This document shows, in pieces, positions 45,096 through 57,200 of a stretch of DNA of 64,000 nucleotides (its first letter is position 1; every line of letters begins with the position of its first letter). The stretch lies in the NCBI GenBank assembly GCA_027923505.1, contig BROI01000002.1, forward strand, positions 1,302,001 through 1,366,000, written 5' to 3'. Under the pieces are notes generated by a model that ran no database searches, was not told the DNA's origin, and saw nothing but the letters and a program-made list of their open reading frames with translations. A program made the translations under genes and the position numbers. The DNA is from Mayamaea pseudoterrestris. Its lineage: Eukaryota.

Positions 45096-46968
45096 TTACT
45101 TTGTCAATTCGATCGAAAATATTCTACATCCATGGTCCATGGAGCAACTCGCCAACACGTGCTTCGATGAATCAGAACAGGAGCAAGGTCTCCATGCCAG
45201 CTTGCTCACGCGGGCAGAGTGGCAGTATGATGGAGGAAATACGCAACGTATTTGTGGTGTTGCTGTAGTACCTTCCTTGTCCAGCGAGAGTTTCCACAGC
45301 TCCATCAAGCCCGACTCGAGACCAACGGCAAGTATCATTGACGCAATATCGTTCCCAAGTGGATGCGGAGCAAACGAAATGGCAGTGACAGCATCAGGTT
45401 TGCCGTCAACATGATGGTGCGGCGCAAAGCTGCACAATGGAAGGACATTCAGCGTCGAGTCGTCGTTACTGATCTTCCACAGCTTGATACATCCGTCACG
45501 AGATCCAGAAGCAAAGATTGTTTCATCAAAGGGACAAAAATGAGCTGACCAAATGATTCTCTTGTGAGCGGAATCCTTCGCCCAAGCAAGCGAGTACTGC
45601 ACAGAACTATTGTCATCACGCCGCCACAGGCATATCCGTCGGTCCTTTCCAGACGAAACAAGGTACTGGCCATTTCGAGAAAAGCTCATTGTTGCAACAG
45701 TAGCTTTATGTCCTTCTGTTAGCACCTGAATGCATTTGCTAGTCGTCATGTTCCATAACCGAATTGCCGCCGAGTCTGCATCGCGGGCCTTGGTGGACGA
45801 CGCAACGAGTGTATCTGCAGATGTTGAAGTATCGTCGCTTCTCACTCCGAATTGGGCCTCGCATGTCGATGTCAGGCAATACAACTCTGAATTGTGACCA
45901 AAGAGTTTCTGCACTTCGGGCCAAATGCTTTCGCTCCCAAGGTCCCGCTCTAAAGGTATTCGGCTTTTGACTTTGCTTGGCGTTGATAGTGTAGCGTCCT
46001 CATCGTCAATGTCCACTTCTGCGCCGTCGGCAGCAGTCGCCTTGTTGGTCAAGCCTAGTGAAGGAATATAGGCTCGTTCAACACGGTCCAAAGGGTCATT
46101 TGCAACCACCGCTTCGGCCTTTGAAGCAGATTTTAAAAGGCGCAACGTCGCCAAAGGAGCGTCAAATACTCGAATCTCCTTTTCGTCGGCACCGGATACA
46201 ATGCGATGAGGATGGCGCGGTGTCGAAACGGAAGTAATGGCAGATAAATCGTAGCCGTGCACCATTGGGCGACCAAGCTCGAGCCACACATTTTCATCGG
46301 CGTTGTCAGAACCGCCTTCATCGCCAACTGGCGCCCAAAGTCGACACGTCTGATCATTGCTGACCGTCAGTAAATATTGTCCGCTCGAGGCTTCCCAGCA
46401 AAGATCCGTTACCCCAGCGAAATGGCCAGTGATGCAAGGTGTCGCTATCCAACTCACCATGGACGCTCGGTCCTCCGGTGTTGCACTCACAGCTAAAGGC
46501 GATTCACGATCACTGCTGCCACTATCATTCACCGACCAAACATGCAACGCTCCACCATACGCATGTCCAACCAAGCATTGCCCTTGCACTGGTTCCACGA
46601 CAACCTTGCAAAAGCCCAACAAACTGGACCCCACCGGTCCACCCAGTATTCCACCCGCGCTTCCCACCCGCGCTAGTGGCGCCCAAATGCCATGTTCACT
46701 CATGGGCGCCCACAGCAAAATGGATCGATCCATGCTGCTGCTCACCAATAAGTCGGACTGCTTGTATATGGCGTGCGGGTTTGGGTGCCAAACGACCGAT
46801 GTGACGGAAGCTTCGTGGCCCACGAGGAGGGCCTCGAGAAAGACGCTGGTGACGCATTTGGCGCCAAGGATTTCGAGACGCGACTCTCCCTCGTTCTCTT
46901 GCTCCACATTGTCGTTGGCGTCAAAATCGTCGTCGTTAGTGTTGGCAGCAGCAGCGTCTTGCAGTGAC

Positions 46969-47000
<32 letters not shown>

Positions 47001-47912
47001 GATTTTAGTGCCGTCGTATTCGTCACGAACCTTGGCGCGCGTCACAAACTTCCACAGTCGAATCCGTTGGTCCTGACTTCCCGATGCCAGCATCCAACTA
47101 CTACTACTACTAGTTGATGACAAAGACGACTCCAAAGTCTTGAAGGCCAAGCAGGAAACCCAGTCCTCGTGACCCTGTAGTGCGCCGGCATATGTTGGTG
47201 GACTTTGTATTGTACTACCGATAGCTTCATCATTTGCGTCTTTATCATTAACAAGCGTCTCTTGGTTACACTGCCACACGTGAATCTTGTTGTTTCGATG
47301 GGACGCCGTTCCAACGAGGATCAACACCTGCTGACATGCGTCCGTTGCATCATCATCATGATCAAGCGTCATCAATTCGACGCTGCTGACTGGCGTGTGC
47401 AGCAAAGCAAACGAGTCCGACACGGACCATGTGTCACTGTCGTGACGATACTTGCATTTCAACAGATTCGCTCCACTCGACGAGCCAACGACAATCAGCA
47501 AGCCATCATCTGCAACCTGCGAAACAGTAATCACCGTGACGGATCGTTTGCACTGTAATTGTTCCGCATGTAGCAAGTGCTCCTTCCAATCATTCGTGGC
47601 CTTCCACCACAGGGAGATTGCGCCATTGGCGTGGCCGCACGCAATGCCAGTCGCTCGCACGTGGCCAATGCAGGTAATGCTAGTGCCCGATACACTGGAG
47701 CGTAGCGTTTGTCGAACGCTCCACACTTGTTCATTGGCAAGAGTAACTGGTTGCGCCATACTCAGATTGTTGTGCGAGGCGTAGACAATGCGAGACTCTT
47801 CATTGGCGTTGTTGCCGGGCAACCAAAGGACGGCTTGATTCGTACTGTTAGCGGCAGCTCCGTGATGGAGCAATCGGACCGCTGCAGCGTTGTTACTCGT
47901 AGTAGTCGCCAT
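45096..47912 (-). CDS. ELP2: Elongator complex protein 2 (WD40)
   Basis: LQGHEDWV, LASGSQDQRIRLW, EALLVGHE, ELGRPMVHGYD, SGADEKEIRVF, PSLGLTNKA, WPEVQKLFGH, AHKRIIW. Confidence 0.93.
46971..46997. repeat. (CTG)9 microsatellite encoding polyQ in ELP2
   Basis: Nine perfect ctg units. Confidence 0.9.
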
Positions 47913-48153
47913 CTTATGATTGAACAAAATGAAAAATAATAAGGTGATGGATCGATGGTGATGGGTTGTCGAGAGGGAAACGTCGCAGCGGTTCCAGAAT
48001 CGCCAAAACTAACAGTAAACCTTGTGATTCTCGGTTTCATATTTTTAGGCTACTTGTGGACAATCATAGGAACAAGAATTGCGTAATAATGAACAAGCAG
48101 TACTTATATGCAAATATTATGTAATGAATTGACTCGGAGCTGAATGTCTCTTC

Positions 48154-49949
48154 TTACTCCTCATCAAGAATTTCAATGTACGTCTTTTTCACAACGCCAT
48201 ACCTTTCCAGTGCATATCGCAGCGGCGCCAAGCCCGCAATAACGACGGGAAAGAGTACGCCAATCAACCGACTCTGCTTGACGTAGCACATGAGCGCCAA
48301 GCAGGCCCATTGAATATACGTAAAGCGGCGGACCACCTTGGTTGGAATGGGGGACCAGCGCTCGCGTGGCGCCAAGCGGCGGTCCTTGAAAAAGCCAAGG
48401 GTTCGCTCCCACATTTCATTGCCGGGTAATGAGGAAACGCCCAAGTACATGAAGAGGCCCATGAGTGCTGTGATTAGAGTGGTTAGAACAACAGACATGT
48501 GGTTTCGCAACAATCACTCGCAAAGCAGCTTACTCACCCGACAGTGGCACTTGCGACAATAGCTGGCGCGGCCCCGGCAGTAGAATCACACCAGCGATCA
48601 ACGAGTGAACGGAGAATCCCGTGACGCGTTGCTCCATCGTCCCGACCATCTTTCCGTGTTCGTCATACTTGCTCAGCGCTTGCACGTGCGACAAGCTTCG
48701 CACGGTAGCCGCTACCAGCCACGGAACGCCCACCAGCGACTGCAGCGCGGTGAGCACTGACAAGACGAGCATGTCGGCGTGCATGCCATCCAAAATGTTG
48801 CCTTGGCGACGTCCCTTGGTCATGTGCCACTTTGGATTGTTGATGAGTCGGACGGTAATGTTTTGATCCAAAAAAAGCAGCACCGACGCCATGAGCGCCG
48901 GAAGCACGGCGGCCCATCGAGCCCACACCGGCAAGTCAAAGATGGGAACGAGCCATGGTCGTCCAATGGTTGTGCCAAGGACGGCTGGAATTGATAGTGT
49001 GGGCAGTGCGGCAACCTTGGCGCCATAGGCCGTTTTGGCTACTTGGGCGATGCATGCTGCTGTAACGACGCCAATGGATGGTGCAAAGTTGGATACAGTA
49101 TTGCGGATCGACTTGTTGAAGTAAACGCTCTTGCGTAGTTGTTTCAAGCGCCTTGGTCAGTGTCGAGGAGGTTGACGTGAAGGTTCTTCCAACATCCGAA
49201 ACGGCTTCGACGACAAAAATGGTGCTAATGAGCGTCGAAAAGATTTCATCCGTAAACCGCGTCAAGTATTTCACCAAGTTGCTGCCCGAAAACAAGCTTG
49301 CCACGAACAAGATACCCGACGTCCACAGGCCTGTCCATGCGTATAGCGGCAAGAACGGAAGGTTCATGGACTGCGCCAGTTGCGCCAAACATGCCACAAA
49401 CGCCAACACTGGTCCAGTGGAGCCAATAATGGTGAGTGGCTGCGCCGCCGTGAGACTGTACAGCATTCCACAGACTGCCGTTGATCCAATCATTTCCACC
49501 GTTCCAATTTGACCACTCGTGACTGCTCCAAAGAGACCTCCAAACGCAATGGCGGGAGCAAGGCAGGCGAAGAATAGAAACAGTGTCGCGGCAAGACTTT
49601 GTCCGTTCAAACCGTCCTTGAAGTCGCTCCAATAGTAGGGTAGTCGAGCCTTGTAGTCTCGCACAATGCCCTTGCCAAAGCCTTCGAACAAGGGTGCATC
49701 GTTCTTAGAACTTTCTTGTACAGTTTCTCCATTGAGTGGCGTTTCCGTAAATAATGCTGCAGTAGCATCAGGTGTCGTTGGTTGCGCAATGGAAGAAAAC
49801 CGCGTCAGCCGACTGCTCGACACTGCATCCGTCGAAAATGTGCGAATTCCAAGGTGCGAAAGCTTGAATGGATGCGTCTGAAAGCCATTTGCGAGTTGTA
49901 AGGATACTTCTGATAGTGCTAAGGGAACCAATAGTTTGATGTTAGTCAT
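48154..49949 (-). CDS. SLC4: SLC4/BOR-family bicarbonate transporter, probably plastid-targeted; interrupted by a frameshift near 49148
   Basis: RLPYYWSDFKDG, FLFFACLAPAIAFGG, QPLTIIGSTGP, TRFTDEIF, then in another frame LLFLDQNIT, PWLVAATVRSLSH, EQRVTG. Intron 48468-48537; GLFMYLGVSSL. Confidence 0.88.
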
Positions 49950-50031
49950 GGTGAGGGACGGAGAAAGACGAAACAATGATGGCAAAATGATGTGTCGAAG
50001 GAATGATTACGAAATTCGAAAACGAGGTCGC

Positions 50032-50039
50032 TGACGTCA
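50032..50039. promoter_or_regulatory. TGACGTCA CRE/CCRE-like bZIP site upstream of SLC4
   Basis: Perfect 8-bp palindrome about 80 bp upstream of the SLC4 ATG. Confidence 0.4.
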
Positions 50040-50502
50040 ACCAGGCTAAACGTGACTCTCCTCTTTGGCGTGCGCTATTGGAAAAACCAGTAAGTACTCA
50101 TGCAAAAACAGTACTCCAGCGAGTAAGTAGCAGGTGTCGCGGAGCTCGAACGACACGGAACGACTGTCATGCTTTTCATTCCATGTTCAGACTTCGGGCA
50201 TTTTGAGCGCGCATGTTGCTTCCATTGTCATCATAGTAGAGAAACAAAGCCAATTCAATGTCAGTCCTTTCTTGGCGTTGCTAGTAGTACCGGTAGAGCC
50301 AAGAGGCAGTTTACGCATTTTCAATCGCATCGTCAATCGCGGGCGGTATGAAGCTCCCCCATAATTATTGCCATCGCTACAAAAGTTGCATCATTGATCC
50401 GCGTTGTAGACAGTCAATATACTTTAGCGATTCGCTGTGAGCTGTCGCAGAACAAGACTGAAAGAGCGCACGGCATTATATATCCCGTGCGTGCTCCCTC
50501 GG

Positions 50503-51962
50503 CTAGTCTTTCTTGGCGTTTGCGCCACCGAGCCGATTTCGCGACAGCTCTTGCACCAAGCGATACGACGCCATGAGCCACGTCACACAAAGAAGCAAAA
50601 GACTGCGCTGAATGTAGGGAAGCGACGAGTCGTTGAAGGTGACACTGACCAACGTCAACACCAAAGCCACCAGCGACTTGCCAAATCGATTGGCAAACAT
50701 GGCAATAATCTCCTTGCCGACGAAGCGACTCTCGTAATCCAGCAAAACGTAGACGGATTCGATCATGCTGTGGCGGAGCGAATACTCCAGCGTCTTCATG
50801 GTGACAAACGAAGCGGAAACGAGCCAAAGGCTCCAGTCTTGCGTCATTGCCATGTAGATTGCGGCAGCCGTCATGATGCTTGGAACTCCAACCCACATGA
50901 ATCGATAGTCAATATGGAGCCACGACAACATGGGCAAGCATAGAAACTGCAGCAAGCCACTGGCAAAGTTGATGAGTGCGTAGGTACTAGCCGTGTGCTT
51001 GGCGCGATCCATGTCATTCTTCAACGTGTCCTTGACTGCCACAACATACAAGTAGTTTAACAGACTGGACTGGGACTGGTAGCAAAAGACTTCCAAGCAG
51101 AGGCGGCCTAGAACGGGGACGCGACGAAAGAGTGCTAGCGCTCGCTGAATGAGGGAGAGCGAGTGCATCTTTTCATCGCTCTTTTTAGTTTTAGAGCTAG
51201 CGTCTTGACGAATGGTCAAGAGTCCTTCCTGAAATACAGTAAGATATGTTGATGGGCTTTTTCGCAAGTGATGGTGATGTTCAACCGGCATAGGTTCCAT
51301 TTTCATTCATTTTCACTTACATTCTCGGCAATACGATACGACTCATCACCGCACCAGGCCGACGCAAGTAAGCAACCTCCAGCGGCAAGTAGCAGTTTCG
51401 TCAAGTCGGCACCAAACCACTGCCTTCCAGCAATCATGCCACCCATGGTGGAGAAAATGCTTCCAACTCCGGCAATCCAACTTGTTTGCGTCGGCGATGT
51501 CACTACTGATCCCAAAAACGACCAATGTTGCGTCGATAGCAGATAGACCATGGAATTTTGGATAGTGAACAGTGAAAACAGCGAAACGCGAGTCAAATAT
51601 GTCGACCATGTAGTTTGCGACAATGCAAGGGTAGTCACAGCTTCAGCCTTCTGTTCAATACACAGCGACAGAACTATTCCACCAATGAAAAGTATAGCAG
51701 CAAAAGCTACGCATGTTATTTTCAATGTTCTTCTCGGTCCATATGCATCGTAGAGTTTTGTATACATATAAAGCAGCAGCATGGAGCAAGGCGATATGCA
51801 AGCCGTCGCCAAGCTCACAGCCCATCCGTTGGCAAAGCCGTGGCGAGGAGACGTGAAGAGCGCAAAGGTTCCTGCACGAGCAAACTCGTAGCCAATGTAG
51901 TGACAGCTACTGGCAAAAGTCATGTAAATGATGCATAGTGATCGCTGATTCAACAATTTCAT
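50503..51962 (-). CDS. TLC/NTT-like (ATP/ADP nucleotide transporter-like) MFS carrier, 2 exons
   Basis: Multiple TM segments; GYEFAR, STQHWSF, MKTLEYSLR…YVLLDYESRFVGKEII…ANRFGKS; intron 51229-51320. Confidence 0.75.
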
Positions 51963-52544
51963 TTTTGTTGCCTGATGTGCAACTGACAATCACCAGGAAA
52001 GAGCCGTGGTGCAGGTTTCAAAGTCAAGCAGTATAGCAATGAAACAAATGACTATCTTTTTTTCATTTTCATTAACAATTGACCTTGTTTATAGCATGTT
52101 CTTGGCCATTTGATGTAAGCCTGTCGTCCATTATGCCATCATGGATATTATGGTGACGAACGAGTGAAGCTGATGATCGCTCAAAAATGTCACTACGGTA
52201 CTGATCTAGCTATTCTACTCCTGCATGGTCGCGGCATTCGTAGTTACTATTATTGCAGCACCACACCTTGCTCACATTTTCTAAGTGACTGTTTTGCAAA
52301 AATAATGCAGGTCTAGGGCAAATTCCTAACAAAATTGTCCGCTGCTGCGCTGAACGACTGCATGCGCTTGTGCTGACAGTTAATACCGTAATCTGGTTCG
52401 TCTTTGATACAAATACGGATCGCTCAAATTCACATTCAACGATACTGATGATTTCATAGCTAACTTTAATTCAAAATATCCGACAGAGCCACCCTTCTTC
52501 CCTCTGCTCGCGACGTCTTAACTGCATTAACACCATTGCCAATG

Positions 52545-53831
52545 TTAATCCAATGTGATGACTTGGTTCTCCTTCATCGCTTGCTGGAACTTGCGGGCAA
52601 TGACTTGCTCGCACGTCAATGTTTCGCCTTCCACCACGTCATCAATATCTTCATCTGCATCTAGCTCGTTCTCCGGCAAAACTGGCATGGTGGCGGTATG
52701 CTCGTCGTCGGCAGTGTTGCCATCGTCAGCCTCAACGTCGGAATCGAGAATGCAAATAATCTCCGGCTCCGCCTTGCGCTTGGCTGGCTCGCTCAGAATC
52801 GCGTCAATGGCTGCGGCTATGGCTGCATCATTCGCTCGAGTCGGAGAAGAAACATGCACACGAGAGCGAGACTTCGACTTTGCTGCTCCAGTGGCAAATT
52901 TAGACCGCGCCTTTCCAGGTGAACCTCGACGGTGCCGATTGGCACGAGCAGCAGTCACAGTCGAAACGTCATTGAAAGAACTTTCACTATCCGAGTCCAT
53001 GAATCTGTTGCGGCTTGATCGTTTCTTGGCAGGCTGCGAGAATGAAAATGGCGAATCGTTCTCATTGCCCATGTCGGCTCCGTGTTTAGGTGAGAGCGCC
53101 GTCGTGGAGGGCTTGCGTGCAACACTATCCTTGGTGGAGCGTCGATTCGACGCAGTGGCTGCCTTTGTACCATGCGTGAACGCGTTCGCCGCTGCAGCAA
53201 AATATGACCAGTTGTCCTTGCTTTGCTTCTTCTTGCGCTGACCATTGTCCGCAGTAAAATGCTCCCGCAAAAGATCCTTGTCCGTGGCCGAGCGACGCTT
53301 CGATGTAGCAAAATCCTCATTTTCTAGTGATTTGTGAGCGTCTGCAGTTTTGAAGAAAGATCGAAAATGTTTGTCTCGCTTCATCGTGGCATGATCCATC
53401 AGCAATGACGCCATTCGCTTCTTCTTCGGTTTCATAACTACCGACTCGTCTTCCATGGACTCATCGTTACCAAGTCCAAACAAGTCTCTCCCTTTCGTCT
53501 TCTTGTCCTTTTTGCTCGCACGATTTTTCCGAGCGAATGTTGCGCTACTCATCTTGCTGACTGCTGCTGCGGCAGCAGCCGACGGTTTGGAGCGATGCGC
53601 CGGGCGTCGGACACGCTCCGTTGACATGACAAGCTTGTACAAGGAGTCGTTTTCAAAACTGAACGTTGAATCGGGAGTGTCAGGCAGGAGAGAGAGGGTA
53701 TGGGCAGGCGAGTCAAGCATGGGCGACAATGCGGCAGCAGCAGCAGCGTGATGGCGCTTGTTCTTGCGCGGCAGCGCCCGCGATGCACGCTTCTGCTTCC
53801 GCTGGTTCGGATGATCAGGCTCGAATGGCAT
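52545..53831 (-). CDS. Basic, low-complexity probable nuclear protein with an acidic SIM-like C-terminus
   Basis: Several K/R clusters, EIICILDSD, ends NQVITLD. ATG 53831 preferred; the frame is open from 53957. Confidence 0.6.
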   Translation of the reverse strand: MPFEPDHPNQRKQKRASRALPRKNKRHHAAAAAALSPMLDSPAHTLSLLPDTPDSTFSFENDSLYKLVMSTERVRRPAHRSKPSAAAAAAVSKMSSATFARKNRASKKDKKTKGRDLFGLGNDESMEDESVVMKPKKKRMASLLMDHATMKRDKHFRSFFKTADAHKSLENEDFATSKRRSATDKDLLREHFTADNGQRKKKQSKDNWSYFAAAANAFTHGTKAATASNRRSTKDSVARKPSTTALSPKHGADMGNENDSPFSFSQPAKKRSSRNRFMDSDSESSFNDVSTVTAARANRHRRGSPGKARSKFATGAAKSKSRSRVHVSSPTRANDAAIAAAIDAILSEPAKRKAEPEIICILDSDVEADDGNTADDEHTATMPVLPENELDADEDIDDVVEGETLTCEQVIARKFQQAMKENQVITLD

Positions 53832-54295
53832 TGCGACTTCTTGCGCCTTGATGTAAAGCGACAGATAGCAGATCTTTGCAGCAGCAAAGTGTAAGCAAGC
53901 TTCCGTCGTGGATGTGTCGATGTGATGGATGCACGATGGCGATGTTCGCGGTTCCAACGTTATAACGCGCCGGCCCGATCACGTCGCACCATCACTCTCA
54001 TTGAATGAAAGACCGCGTGCTGCTGCGCCGCAGCATGCTGCCAAGATTTGGGGTAAGACTGTAAGACGCGCTGTTAAGCATACACTGAACGAAGTAGAGC
54101 ACACGAGCAAGGCATACATACGTTTTCAATATAATTGTAGCGAGAAAGAGCTACGGTAGACGGAATCGCTGTTTCACAGCGACGAGCACCGTTGCCTGTT
54201 GAGATTTCTAGGCTAAATTCTCCCTCGAGCCATTAGCCTGTTTCGATTTCGATCAAAGGCACATTCTTCGTTTCATACTGAAGTAGAGACAAACC

Positions 54296-57200
54296 ATGCC
54301 TCGGGTAAAGTCAATGAACAAGGCGAACAGCGCTCGATCGCAATCAACCTCCAAGCCGCTGCAACAATTCGTGTCCGTCCTCGAACTTCTTGAAACGTCG
54401 GAACGAGTCAAGGAAGACAATAGCACCCTGCTACTCGCGAGCCAAAAGAATTCATCGAAATTTCCCACGGCCACGGCGCGAGCCGAGACGAACAAGAGTA
54501 AGCAGTCTCGTTCAGCTGGAAAGAATCTTCGGAAGCAGCAATTTGACGAGGGCGGCGACGATGACGAAGAACCGTCGATTTTTGAGGAAAGCGATTCATC
54601 AGACAGTAAAGACTGGCCAGATGATCTTCCAAAGCTAAGCATCAACGACAAATACAATTCTGGCGTTTTCAATCAAAACTACTCATCCGGCTTGCGCAAG
54701 AAAAGTCCAATTCATGGCAACGGAAACAAGAAACGCCGCGCCAAGCAGTCTGGACGAAGGACAGGCAAGCAAGTCGGGAGGCCGCCCAAGCGACAGCGTA
54801 TATCAAAAGAGCTGTCAATTGAATCTGATGAAAGCCGCGAGGCTGCAACATACAATGGCGAATCTTTGGACGACGGCGAATCTTTGGACATTGACGACTT
54901 TGCTCATGCAGCGCCGTCAATTAGGACCACTCGTGCGAGCAATCCACAAAAGTTGACCAAGGTGCAAGCAAAGGATGTCGCTCATTCGCAAACGTCCATG
55001 ACTGATGGAAAAAGCGCCTCTTCAAGTTACGAGGAGGAAGCGCTGGTAGCTGAGTCGCTAATGTCCAATAAGGAACGTTCCAGTCAGGAGAGTGACACTG
55101 CCGATCAAGCTGCGACAAGCAAGCAACCGATGTCACTGGAGGCTGATGCAGCTGATGCTATGGACATTAACAGCGATATGGCAGCATGCGATAAGCATGC
55201 ATCGGCCGCTACATGGAACAGATCTAGGAATCAAATGGTTCCTGTGATGAAGCAACATCGGACGAGTTCCTTGGAGAGTAACGATTCGACGAATATCAAC
55301 GGTTCACAAAAGGCGAAGCGTTCTTGCAAAAAACCGAAACGAGCAGGCAAGCAGTCACATTTACTCGAGAATGCGGCGAAGAATGGTATGAAACGCAGCC
55401 GTTCGAAGGAAAGAAAATCGAAACCAGCGAAACTGGCGGCGAAGGAGCGCGAGCAAACTTCACAATCTCCAGTCATTGCCGACGCCAACGCTATGGATGG
55501 CAAATGCAACGATCACAATGACGATGACTTTGACGAGGATGTAATCGATTCAACAAAGCCAAGTGAGCCTCAACACAATTCGCCATCAGCCTTCGGAACC
55601 AACGATATTGATGCTGATATGGTAGCGGACATACTGACGAAGTATGCGGCGAAGACCAAGCGTACCGCAAGAGGGGCTGATGGTATCGCAAGTAAAGTCA
55701 ATACCGATTTCTTTAACCAGGAAAGTAGACTTGGAGGCAAGACGACAATGGTAACTAAAATTCATGACGGGAAAGATTCAGCACGCGGAAGCGGGTTGGA
55801 CTGTGACGATTTTACGATTGAGGAGGTGCCCCAATGCCCTCCCAACTTTGAAGCACCCACGTGCAACGATGATAAGAGTTGTTCCAAGACGAAGAACGTT
55901 GATTGCAACCGTCGCATCTTTGAATATGACGAGTTATCAGCCCTGGGCACTCGAGTTTCACCGTCAACTTCTGCCTCGCAAAAGGCGATGGCTACAGAAG
56001 CAGGCACCAAGGGAAAACGTTTTACAAGGGACCTTTTTGAAGGATCTGTGATGGGCACCCTGGATAGCTCTTCCGAGGCAGATGCCAACAGCGATTTTGA
56101 TGAAAAGGTAGCGAGTCCGCCGGCGACATCAACAACAGGCGCGACGCCTATTACTGAAGATTCGGACGATAACGATACGGTCCATCGCACCTTTGTCATG
56201 GACTTGGACGAATCGCGGTATAACGCAAGGCACTCGACTAGTCCTGCAGCTTCGATGACGAGGGATTTCACAAGCAAAACTGGGAATTGTACACGTAAAA
56301 CACCCATCGAGAAGCTCACGGGGCATGGGCGCAACATGCACGGAGAGACTACAAATAATGTGAGACCTCTCCATCCAGAAACGGAGCCGTTGAATGTTTC
56401 AGAATTTGACACCCCTTCCGATGAACATGTCGAAATTAAGGCGTCAAGTCACAAGCTCGTTGATGGAAGCGATAGAGGATCTGCGAAAGATGCAATTTTT
56501 CATATTGTTGACGCCAACTCAGTAGAAGCGTCTAAACTGGATCCGACGGCCTCATCCAACAATTCCGTTAAAGGCATGGTAAATTCAGATACACCGGGGG
56601 CCATGCGGGCATCAATTCAAGATACGCCTATTACTCAAGCTCTTCATCATCAAACATTTTCCATGGATCTCTTCCGGCATATACCAGCTTTTCTCCGTAA
56701 GCAGCCTTTACCAACAAACCTTATCGACGTTTATGACGAGTTCCGAGGTCTCGGCAAGTTCCAAAATCGGCCCGTGGTGGGTGGCGTTTCTACTTTGATT
56801 GAAGACGCAAGCTTCAGAAATTGTGATGGACGGCAATATAAAGCCAAGTTCGGCGGAGAATATCATTTTATACTAAAAACTGTCATTCGTCTTGCTGATA
56901 AGTTAGAGCAGGAGACGGCGACGACGGGTGTGCCTGTGAGATTACTATTGGACGCACTCGATGGTGAACGACGGAAGAAGTCAACATCGCATGATCCATT
57001 TGCTTGGACATTCGTGAAACAGTATGTCGGCTTGGGTGGAAATGCCAAGAGAAAGTCATCGCAGCAGCTGCAACGGCGGCCAAAGAGATCGGTCCTGCCA
57101 TCAACGCTGAGACAGACCATTGATGTTGCCCGCAAGTCAACGTCAGTACATCGGCGCAAAGGGAAGATAGTTCCGCCCAAACCGTTCATTCCGACTACAA

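Noticed and set aside
51963..52544. AT-richer intergenic gap as a possible RNA gene or transposon remnant
   Set aside because: No tRNA boxes, terminal repeats or recognisable structure seen by eye.
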